From IMG/VR virus record IMGVR_UViG_3300029251_000043: a stretch of DNA of 36,511 nt; one strand, written 5' to 3'. Shown here piece after piece: positions 5,200-11,828 of this stretch (the stretch's first letter is position 1; each line of letters begins with the position of its first letter). Below the pieces are notes generated by a model. The model had not been told where the DNA came from and ran no database searches. It saw only the letters and a program-made list of their open reading frames with translations. Source of the DNA: a virus. The position numbers were made by a program, and so were the translations under genes.

Positions 5200-5958
5200 T
5201 TGAGGCGAGAGCAATTCACGTTTTATCGCAGCTACTACGAGGCGATGAAAGATTTGTCGGTCGAAGAATGCGCAAAGCTGTTGCTGGCAATCGCGGCGTA
5301 TGCGCTCGATGAAGAAGAGCCGGAGCTTTCCGGAAGCTGCTCGGCGTGTTTTAAGCTGATTCGACCGACGCTTGATTCCGGTCGAAACAAAGCGGCGAAT
5401 CGTATGAACGCCGAGGAACAAACAGAAATCAAACCGAAATCAAACGGCAACAAAGCGAAATCAAATCAGAACAAACTGGAACAAACCGAAATCAAATCAG
5501 AACAAACTGGAACAAACCGGAAGGAGAGAGAGAAAGAGAGTGAGAAAGAGAGTGAGAAAGAGAAAGAGAGAGAGTACGATAGTAGTAGTACCCCCGTACC
5601 CCCTCTGACCGACGACGAACTGCGGCGACTGCGGCAGGAACAGCAGGACGTGGAAACAGCAGCAAAGCGCGTCGGGCTGCCCGTCAGCGCGATGAGTGAC
5701 TACGACACGATGGACAACCTGCGGGCAGAGCATGGAGCGGACAACCTGCTCAAGGCAATCGACAGGATTCAGGGCGCGGCGGAAAAATGCCGGAGCTGGA
5801 GGTATGTCGGCGGGATTCTGCGGAAAGAAAAAAACGCCGGGTATACATGGGCAGAGAGAGCTGCTGAGAGCGGCGGAGGAACGGCAGGAGACGCAGAGGT
5901 GATAACCCGCAACCCGTTCGCGCTGCAATCGCTTAAATGCAGGGGGAGTGTCACATGA
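5200..5958 (+). CDS. replication organizer (DUF6291-like N-terminus, DnaD-like C-terminus)
   Basis: ORF-track 5116..5958. Probable TTG start at 5200 after GAAAGGGGA. N-terminal FTFYRSYYEAMKDL and C-terminal SWRYVGGILRK DnaD-like motifs, with a low-complexity KE-rich linker. Confidence 0.65.
   Translation: MRREQFTFYRSYYEAMKDLSVEECAKLLLAIAAYALDEEEPELSGSCSACFKLIRPTLDSGRNKAANRMNAEEQTEIKPKSNGNKAKSNQNKLEQTEIKSEQTGTNRKEREKESEKESEKEKEREYDSSSTPVPPLTDDELRRLRQEQQDVETAAKRVGLPVSAMSDYDTMDNLRAEHGADNLLKAIDRIQGAAEKCRSWRYVGGILRKEKNAGYTWAERAAESGGGTAGDAEVITRNPFALQSLKCRGSVT
5425..5575. repeat. iteron-like direct repeats plus polypurine tract inside the replication gene (candidate origin)
   Basis: GAAATCAAA occurs at 5425, 5436, 5457 and 5488. 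There is a perfect 31-bp tandem duplication (5457-5487 and 5488-5518), followed by a ~55-nt GA-rich purine tract (5521-5575). Confidence 0.6.
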
Positions 5959-6632
5959 CCTTTACCGAGATGAGCGACGTTCTGGCGATCATCGGCGCAG
6001 TATACCCGCGCTTCTACGCCAATCTGAGCGAGAACGACGTCAAGGCAATGACCAACGTATGGCTCAGTTTCTTCGCAGACGACGACGCAAGCCTTGTCAG
6101 CGACGCGGTCAAGACGTTTATCGCCAACGACACCAAGGGCTTCCCGCCCGTGGTCGGGCAAATCAGGGAAAAGCTGGACGTTATCAATCAAGCCGTACAC
6201 GGCTTTGAACTGACCCCACAAACCGCTTGGGGGCTGGTCAAGCGCGCCATGAAGGACAGCGCGTATCACAGCGCGGAGCAGTTTGCCGAGCTGCCGGAGG
6301 TGGTGCAGGAGGTCGTCGGGTCTCCAAGCCAGCTACACGAGTGGGCAGTCAGCAATGACGACGTGAGCGAGAGTGTAATTGCTAGCAATTTTCAGCGGAG
6401 TTTTGCGGCGCGGGCTGCCGTGCACAAGGAGATTCGGATGATGCCGGGCGACGTGCGGGCGCGAATCGACGCGGACAGACAGATGATTGCCGGAGGGCGA
6501 GACGCGCCGAAGCTGCAAGCCGCAAGCGACGACATGGACGAGTACGCGAGACAACTGCGGGAGATGACGCCGGAGGAACGGCACAGATACTTTAAGAGCA
6601 TCGTGGTCAATTTGGACGACGTGGAGGAATAG
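5955..6632 (+). CDS. G39P-like helicase-loader family protein
   Basis: ORF-track 5937..6632, start ATG 5955 after AGGGGGAG. The N-terminal ...AVYPRF...W...F.D.D pattern is typical of the SPP1 G39P family (from memory). Confidence 0.5.
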   Translation: MTFTEMSDVLAIIGAVYPRFYANLSENDVKAMTNVWLSFFADDDASLVSDAVKTFIANDTKGFPPVVGQIREKLDVINQAVHGFELTPQTAWGLVKRAMKDSAYHSAEQFAELPEVVQEVVGSPSQLHEWAVSNDDVSESVIASNFQRSFAARAAVHKEIRMMPGDVRARIDADRQMIAGGRDAPKLQAASDDMDEYARQLREMTPEERHRYFKSIVVNLDDVEE

Positions 6633-6686
6633 CGCAGATGATTGCGAGGATGAAGCGGGAATCTGAGCGGAGAAAGGGACGAGTAC

Positions 6687-7064
6687 GTGAAAAAGCAAGT
6701 GCCGACTGAATCCGAAGAGCAGCAGACCCTTTTCCGCTGGGCGGCGATGCAGAGCGGGAAATACCCCGAGCTGGCGCTGATGTTCCACATCCCCAACGAG
6801 GGAAAGCGAAGCTGGATGACTGGCGGCAGGATGAAGGCCGAAGGGCTGAAAAGCGGAGTGCCTGACATCTTCCTGCCCGTTCCGCGTGGAGAGTTTCACG
6901 GACTTTTTGTCGAGATGAAGCGCACGAAGGGCGGGACGGTCAGCGATTGTCAAAAGCTATGGCTGCATGACTTGCAAAAACAAGGCTATTGCGCGGCGGT
7001 GTGCCGGGGATGGTGCGAAGCTGCGGAATGTATAAAAAAATACTTGGGAGGATTGAAAAATTGA
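6687..7064 (+). CDS. VRR-NUC domain nuclease
   Basis: ORF-track 6687..7064. Motifs HIPNEG, GVPDIFL and FVEMK (PD-(D/E)XK type). Confidence 0.75.
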   Translation: MKKQVPTESEEQQTLFRWAAMQSGKYPELALMFHIPNEGKRSWMTGGRMKAEGLKSGVPDIFLPVPRGEFHGLFVEMKRTKGGTVSDCQKLWLHDLQKQGYCAAVCRGWCEAAECIKKYLGGLKN

Positions 7065-7306
7065 AGAAGTATGAAATTATTCGAGGACTTGAATCAATTC
7101 AAGAAATGTCCGACAAGGAAATTGAATGCAATGCCCAATTTATCAGAGACGTTGCGTCGTCGTGTTATGGATTATTCGGTTCTATGAACAAGGTCGTTGT
7201 GGAAAATCAAAAAATGCGAAAAACGATCCTGAATCAGATTGGCAGAATTGCAAACCTTGAAAAAAATCAAAAATACGGAGAAGAAAAGGGGAATGGCCGT
7301 GAATAA
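7061..7306 (+). CDS. hypothetical protein in an A/T-rich segment
   Basis: Tail of ORF-track 6989..7306. TTG 7061 lies after GGGAGG (alternative ATG 7028). The sequence is visibly more A/T-rich than its neighbours. Confidence 0.45.
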   Translation: MKKYEIIRGLESIQEMSDKEIECNAQFIRDVASSCYGLFGSMNKVVVENQKMRKTILNQIGRIANLEKNQKYGEEKGNGRE

Positions 7307-7757
7307 GGTTTTTCTGATCGGCAACTTGACCCGTGACCCTGAAATGAGATCCACGCAGTCCGGCGTTCCGGTTTGAAACTTTTCGATTGCGGTAAATCGC
7401 CGCTTTCGTAACCCGCAGACGGGACAGCAGGAAACGGATTTCCTGAACATCGTCGCGTGGCGTCAGCTTGCCGAACTGTGCAGCAAGTATCTTGCCAAAG
7501 GGCGCAAGGTTGCCGTGGCGGGAAGCATCCAGACCCGAACCTACGAGGCGAAGGACGGAAGCAAGAGGACGGCGTGGGATATCGTCGCCGACGAGGTGGA
7601 GTTCCTGTCGCCGCAGAATCAGCAGAGCAGCACACAGAGCGCGCCGGGGGCATACACGACGGCGGCGAGCAAAGGCAGCGGGACGGCCTATGCGCCGCAA
7701 CCGCACAACGATTTTGGCGGATTTACGCAGGTGGATGACGAAGAATTGCCGTTTTGA
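7293..7757 (+). CDS. ssb: single-stranded DNA-binding protein interrupted by one in-frame TGA (7374-7376)
   Basis: Hand translation gives MAVNKVFLIGNLTRDPEMRSTQSGVPV*NFSIAVNRRFRNPQTGQQETDFLNIVAWRQ..., continuing in frame into ORF-track 7515..7757. It ends in the acidic tail DDEELPF. Alternative start GTG 7299. Confidence 0.8.
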
Positions 7758-7770
7758 TGGAGGTTCGAGC

Positions 7771-8199
7771 GTGAATAGCTGTTTATTTTCAAGCGCAACC
7801 GTTGAGTGGGCAACGCCGCAGGCTCTTTTTGACGAGCTGGACGCGGAGTTCCATTTCGACCTTGACCCGTGCTGCACACACGAGAACGCGAAATGCGCGG
7901 AACACTTCACCAAGGCATAGGACGGACTTTCCCAAAATTGGGGGGGTAAAAGGGTGTTTTGCAATCCGCCCTACGGGCGAGAACTCCCGAAGTGGATCAA
8001 GAAAGCGCACGACGAGGCAGAGAAAGGCGCGCTGGTGGTGATGCTCATTCCTGCGAGAACAGACACGCGAGCCTTTCACGACTACATTTATCATCAGGCA
8101 GAGATTAGGTTTTTGAAAGGGCGGATCAAGTTTGGCAATGCGAAAGCGTCCGCGCCTTTTCCGTCGATGGTGGTTATTTTTAGAGGAGGCACGAAATGA
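7771..8199 (+). CDS. phage Dam-like N6-adenine DNA methyltransferase interrupted by one in-frame TAG (7918-7920)
   Basis: GTG 7771 after GGAGG. Sequence ...EWATPQALFDELDAEFHFDLDPCC...HFTKA*DGLSQNWGGKRVFCNPPYG..., with the NPPY motif in ORF-track 7954..8199. Both parts are in the same frame. Confidence 0.75.
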
Positions 8200-8564
8200 A
8201 CAATTTGAACGAATTGCGCAACGAAATCTACGATGACGCGGTGAAACATGGACTGTGGGATGAAATGCATATTTGGAAGCTGATAGCAACAAATGAGGAT
8301 TTCCGAAAAAGCGGCATAGCTGACATGATTACTTGCGCAAGCGGAGATGAAACCCGAAAGAACGCGATTGTTGCTTTGTTCCTTGCGATGGAACTTCGCG
8401 AGCTTATTTTTGCGGTAGACGACGTGAATCATTTTCGCGAGAAGCTGGCTGACGTTATCATCACGTCGCTGTCTGCCGCTGGGTATCTGGGCATCGACAT
8501 TGACAAAGCGGTGCGGGAGAAGATGGAGATCAACCGAGGGAGAGAGTGGAGGCACGGGAAATGA
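8196..8564 (+). CDS. MazG-like nucleotide pyrophosphohydrolase
   Basis: ORF-track 8196..8564. All-alpha NTP-PPase-like EKLADVIITSLSAAGYLGIDIDKAV segment. Confidence 0.55.
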   Translation: MNNLNELRNEIYDDAVKHGLWDEMHIWKLIATNEDFRKSGIADMITCASGDETRKNAIVALFLAMELRELIFAVDDVNHFREKLADVIITSLSAAGYLGIDIDKAVREKMEINRGREWRHGK

Positions 8565-8923
8565 AATGTAAATGGTACGCCGATTTTGAAGGCGTTTGCA
8601 CCAATGGCGAGTGCCCGTATCGCGGCGACACATGCCCGACGAGCGAACACATGGAGGCGTGCAAATACTCCGAGAACAAATACGAAGTATCTGAGCTGGT
8701 GAAAATCCTGCGATGCTGTTCAAATATCGGTTATATTTGCGAAGAATGTCCCGCAAATCTGGACGAAGAAGATTGCGACGGCAGACTTGCAAAGCTGCAA
8801 GCTGCCGACATGCTGGAAAAGCTGTCAAAGGACGTTGTGCCCAAGGATTTTCACGAGCGGTGCTTAGAACTTGAAATTCAAAAGCGCATTGCCGCAGAAA
8901 CGGAGAAAAAAACGGACGGCTGA
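8561..8923 (+). CDS. Cys-rich hypothetical protein
   Basis: ORF-track 8546..8923 with ATG 8561 (ATGA overlap). The C-terminal LRCC..C..C...AADMLEKL motif is shared with the 9863-10030 product. Confidence 0.6.
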   Translation: MKCKWYADFEGVCTNGECPYRGDTCPTSEHMEACKYSENKYEVSELVKILRCCSNIGYICEECPANLDEEDCDGRLAKLQAADMLEKLSKDVVPKDFHERCLELEIQKRIAAETEKKTDG

Positions 8924-9016
8924 AAGTTACCAGCAACTTAAAAAATGCAGCTATTTTTTAAATCATGCCACGGAAAAGACAGATAGTTAAAAGCTGAGCA
9001 AGTTAAGGAGAAAGCC

Positions 9017-9502
9017 ATGAGTGACGAATACGGAAATGTTGACCTGAAAGAATACGCGGAAGCGCTATCCGAAGTGATTAACAAGGCGATGGAGGGCGTG
9101 AAGCAACCGAAATTCAGCGAGCTGAACGACGACCGAGAGCTGATGGTCTACACGGGCGGCGAGTGCGCGTACACGCTGGGCTGCACGCCGGAGGTGATGG
9201 ACAAGGACGACCTGCTGGCGGCGATTCAGAACGGCGAGATAGACAGGCACGGAATTGTGGTTTATTTGGCAGAGAAGAACGTCGCACATTTCCGGGAGGA
9301 CGATATCCGGGACATGGTGGAAAGCATGATGGAATCCGCCGAGCAATACGAGGACTGGGACGAAGACATGATGGCGGATATCCGTGATTCGGCGGAAACG
9401 AAAGCGTTTTTGCAATATCTGAATGGCCGCGCCGAAGCTCATGCGACCTATGACGCGGGACTGCGGGTTGAAATGGATTGGGAGGACAAAGACCGTGAAT
9501 GA
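9017..9502 (+). CDS. acidic hypothetical protein
   Basis: ORF-track 9017..9502. AAGGAG lies upstream. Very D/E-rich. Confidence 0.65.
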   Translation: MSDEYGNVDLKEYAEALSEVINKAMEGVKQPKFSELNDDRELMVYTGGECAYTLGCTPEVMDKDDLLAAIQNGEIDRHGIVVYLAEKNVAHFREDDIRDMVESMMESAEQYEDWDEDMMADIRDSAETKAFLQYLNGRAEAHATYDAGLRVEMDWEDKDRE

Positions 9503-9866
9503 AATGCCGGAAAAATCCGTTTTTGAACTACCGAAGATGGTGACGGATAACCCACAGGGCAATTTTGAAACGATGCTGAATCTGATCTATGGGAAAGATG
9601 GATGGAGCTACATCCGCTACGGTGAAAAGGACATGCCGATTACGGATTTCTGCATGAAAGAGCTTTGCCCGAAGTTTGGATGCCCTGAATTTGCTGATCA
9701 GACCATGACCTCCGAGGAACAGGACGAGTTTCTTTCTGATTGCGTCTTTGACGGTTGCTCTGTCGCGACGGTATACGCGGCGCTCAGCGGATATGGGCAT
9801 CTACGCGACAGGCTACGGAAGCATGAGGACGCGATGGAGGTTTCGCCGAAGGAGGAAAAGCGATGA
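9495..9866 (+). CDS. hypothetical protein
   Basis: ORF-track 9423..9866. GTG 9495 lies 9 nt after GGAGG (alternative ATG 9504). Confidence 0.55.
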   Translation: MNEMPEKSVFELPKMVTDNPQGNFETMLNLIYGKDGWSYIRYGEKDMPITDFCMKELCPKFGCPEFADQTMTSEEQDEFLSDCVFDGCSVATVYAALSGYGHLRDRLRKHEDAMEVSPKEEKR

Positions 9867-10030
9867 AAACGCCTGATGAGATCAAGAAAGCCGTGCGCCT
9901 GTGCATTTTGAGTGAGTGCTGCGAGGCTTGCCCATATCACGAGAACGTGAGTTGTAGCATAATGCTGATGCTTGACGTTTTCGCCTGCATTGAGCAGCTT
10001 GAGAGCCGCGTAAAAACCGATAAGGAATAA
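9863..10030 (+). CDS. small Cys-rich protein, 55 aa (not in ORF track)
   Basis: Hand translation gives MKTPDEIKKAVRLCILSECCEACPYHENVSCSIMLMLDVFACIEQLESRVKTDKE. ATGA overlap with the upstream stop. Confidence 0.55.
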   Translation: MKTPDEIKKAVRLCILSECCEACPYHENVSCSIMLMLDVFACIEQLESRVKTDKE

Positions 10031-10059
10031 TATAGAAAGTAAAAGTCAGGAGGAAAATT

Positions 10060-10935
10060 ATGAAAAAGGTTTGCACTATTATTTTTGTTTTGATTGTCGC
10101 AGTTGTTATCGCTTTTTTCTGCGCGGATTCCGCGTCTGCAACGACAATTAAAGAAGGATATGTCGGCATTGTCTTAAATTGGGGTAAGGCTGAAGCTGAT
10201 GTTTTGACACCCGGCTTCTACGTCATTCCTCCGTGGAAATCGGTAGTCAAAATGGATTGCCGCTGGCAGAAATACGAGGTCGTTTGTTCGGCGTTCAGCA
10301 AAGATATTCAGCAGGTTGATATCAAAATGACCTGCAATTACAAACTGTCAGAAGATGGAGCAAGACGTATTTATTCACAGGTTGGCGAGGATTACGGCAG
10401 TAAAATCATGGAGCCGTGCATTCTGGATGCTGTCAAAGCTGTATTTTCCAAATACACGGCAGAAGAATTGATTTCTGAACGAGGAATCATTTCTAGCGAA
10501 GTTTATGAAACTATTTATTCAAAAATGGAAATCTATGATGTAAAAATCAAAGATGTCGCCATTACGGATATTGATTTTTCTGATGCCTTTACCGATGCGG
10601 TGGAAGCTAAACAGGTTGCCACACAGAAGAAACTGCAAACGCAGACCGAACAGGAGCAGCAGACCATCATTGCCGAGGCCGAAGCAGAACGTGAAAAAAT
10701 TAAGGCACAGGCTGATGCAGAAAAAAAGAAGATCGCGGCTGAGGCCGATGCGGAAGCAGTCAGAATACAGGCTGATGCAGAAAGTTATCGCCTTGAAGTA
10801 GAATCGAAGAACATTACGGACAAAGTAATCCAGAAAGAGTACATTAAAAAGTGGAATGGTCAGTTGCCGATTATCAGCGGAGGCAGCGCAACGCCGATTG
10901 TGAATATGACCGAATTGTTGAATGGTGAAAAATAA
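10060..10935 (+). CDS. SPFH/band-7 (prohibitin/HflKC-like) membrane protein with Ala/Glu-rich coiled-coil tail
   Basis: ORF-track 10060..10935. N-terminal TM segment, then a GYVGIV..WGK...V..PG.....P band-7 core, and a C-terminal AEAEAEREKIKAQADAEKKKIAAEADAEAV. The segment is A/T-rich. Confidence 0.75.
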   Translation: MKKVCTIIFVLIVAVVIAFFCADSASATTIKEGYVGIVLNWGKAEADVLTPGFYVIPPWKSVVKMDCRWQKYEVVCSAFSKDIQQVDIKMTCNYKLSEDGARRIYSQVGEDYGSKIMEPCILDAVKAVFSKYTAEELISERGIISSEVYETIYSKMEIYDVKIKDVAITDIDFSDAFTDAVEAKQVATQKKLQTQTEQEQQTIIAEAEAEREKIKAQADAEKKKIAAEADAEAVRIQADAESYRLEVESKNITDKVIQKEYIKKWNGQLPIISGGSATPIVNMTELLNGEK

Positions 10936-10952
10936 CAAGAGGAGATCAATTC

Positions 10953-11150
10953 ATGAATAACGCGCCATGCCGCGACTGCGCGAGCCGCGAGGTCGGTTGT
11001 CACGCGTGATGCGAGAGATACAAGGCGTATGCCGACGGCAGAAAACAAGCGCTGAAAAACCGCTACACGGCTTGTATAGAGGGCACAAGCAAAAAGCGCA
11101 GTCACGAGCGCTGGCTAAAATTTCAGAGAAAGACACAAAAAGGAGGTTAA
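10953..11150 (+). CDS. small Cys-rich (C-x2-C ... GCH-x2-C-x2-Y) phage protein interrupted by one in-frame TGA (11007-11009)
   Basis: Hand translation gives MNNAPCRDCASREVGCHA*CERYKAYADGRKQALKNRYTACIEGTSKKRSHERWLKFQRKTQKGG. GAGGAG lies 8 nt upstream. The motif continues across the stop. Confidence 0.6.
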
Positions 11151-11152
11151 TA

Positions 11153-11581
11153 ATGCAGTTGACGGAAGCGGACAAGCGAACGCTGCTTGACGCGCGGAAA
11201 AAGCGCAAGGCGTACATGAGGACGGAAGAAGCCTATGAGGAAGAGAAAGCTGCCTATCTGACGGCACAAAAGCTCACGGGCATGCCGTCCGGCTCGTCCA
11301 GTGGTGCAGGGCTTGAAGCCTATGTCATACGGCGTGACAAGGCTTTTGAGGCGCTGCAAGCCGCAAGCATGGCCTATCTTACGGCAATTTCAGCGGCACT
11401 TGAGGTGATCGACAAGATTGTGCTGCAAATCGAAACGCTTGAGAAGGTCAGCCGAGTGCGAGAGTTTTGCAAGGCGTATTTTATCGAGGGACTGTCCGTC
11501 ACTGAGGCGACGGCACGCCAAGGGCTGGCCGAAAGCACAGGCTGGGCGTACAAGAGGGAGATTATAGGCGACTTGCAGTAG
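11153..11581 (+). CDS. ArpU/RinA-like late transcription regulator (sigma-like HTH)
   Basis: Tail of ORF-track 10967..11581, starting at ATG 11153 after AAAGGAGG. It lies upstream of the packaging genes and has a C-terminal HTH-like segment. Confidence 0.5.
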   Translation: MQLTEADKRTLLDARKKRKAYMRTEEAYEEEKAAYLTAQKLTGMPSGSSSGAGLEAYVIRRDKAFEALQAASMAYLTAISAALEVIDKIVLQIETLEKVSRVREFCKAYFIEGLSVTEATARQGLAESTGWAYKREIIGDLQ

Positions 11582-11683
11582 ATTTACAGAGTGGTCGGAG
11601 CTACACATAGAGTGCGACCGTGTGATAACATTAAAATCAGCGGAGAGCGCAAAGCGCAGGACGCTGGCAAATAATCAGCAGCA

Positions 11684-11714
11684 AAGCCGCGGCGAACGTC
11701 ACGGCTTTTGTTTT
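11684..11714 (+). terminator. putative rho-independent terminator
   Basis: AAGCCG / CGGCTT stem with a 12-nt loop, followed by TTTTGTTTT. Confidence 0.45.
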
Positions 11715-11739
11715 GGGGTGATTTGCGCTTTACCTCCGG

Positions 11740-11780
11740 CGCAGATCGGGACGCAACGCAGACAGGGACGCAGAGTGGGA
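11740..11780 (+). repeat. three copies of CGCAGANNGGGA
   Basis: CGCAGATCGGGA (11740-11751), CGCAGACAGGGA (11757-11768) and CGCAGAGTGGGA (11769-11780), about 50 nt upstream of the ParB-methylase gene. Confidence 0.8.
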
Positions 11781-11828
11781 GCGGCGTTGCTTATGCTGAT
11801 TTAGGAGGATGTGCAGGGAGGCGAAATC

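Noticed and set aside
6638-6709. 23-codon ORF with a GAGGAA site between the loader and VRR-NUC genes
   Set aside because: It is too short and overlaps the VRR-NUC start. No conservation can be assessed. I leave it unannotated, although a small leader peptide is possible.
7374-7376. Genome-wide stop-codon reassignment (code 4/25 for TGA, code 15 for TAG) or selenocysteine
   Set aside because: TGA and TAG both terminate many well-supported genes here, often with ATGA/GTGA stop-start overlaps. Only one internal stop occurs per affected gene, and none occurs in the structural genes. Downstream of the SSB TGA there is only a 5-bp hairpin (7384-7399). No convincing SECIS-like element is present, and Sec in SSB has no precedent.
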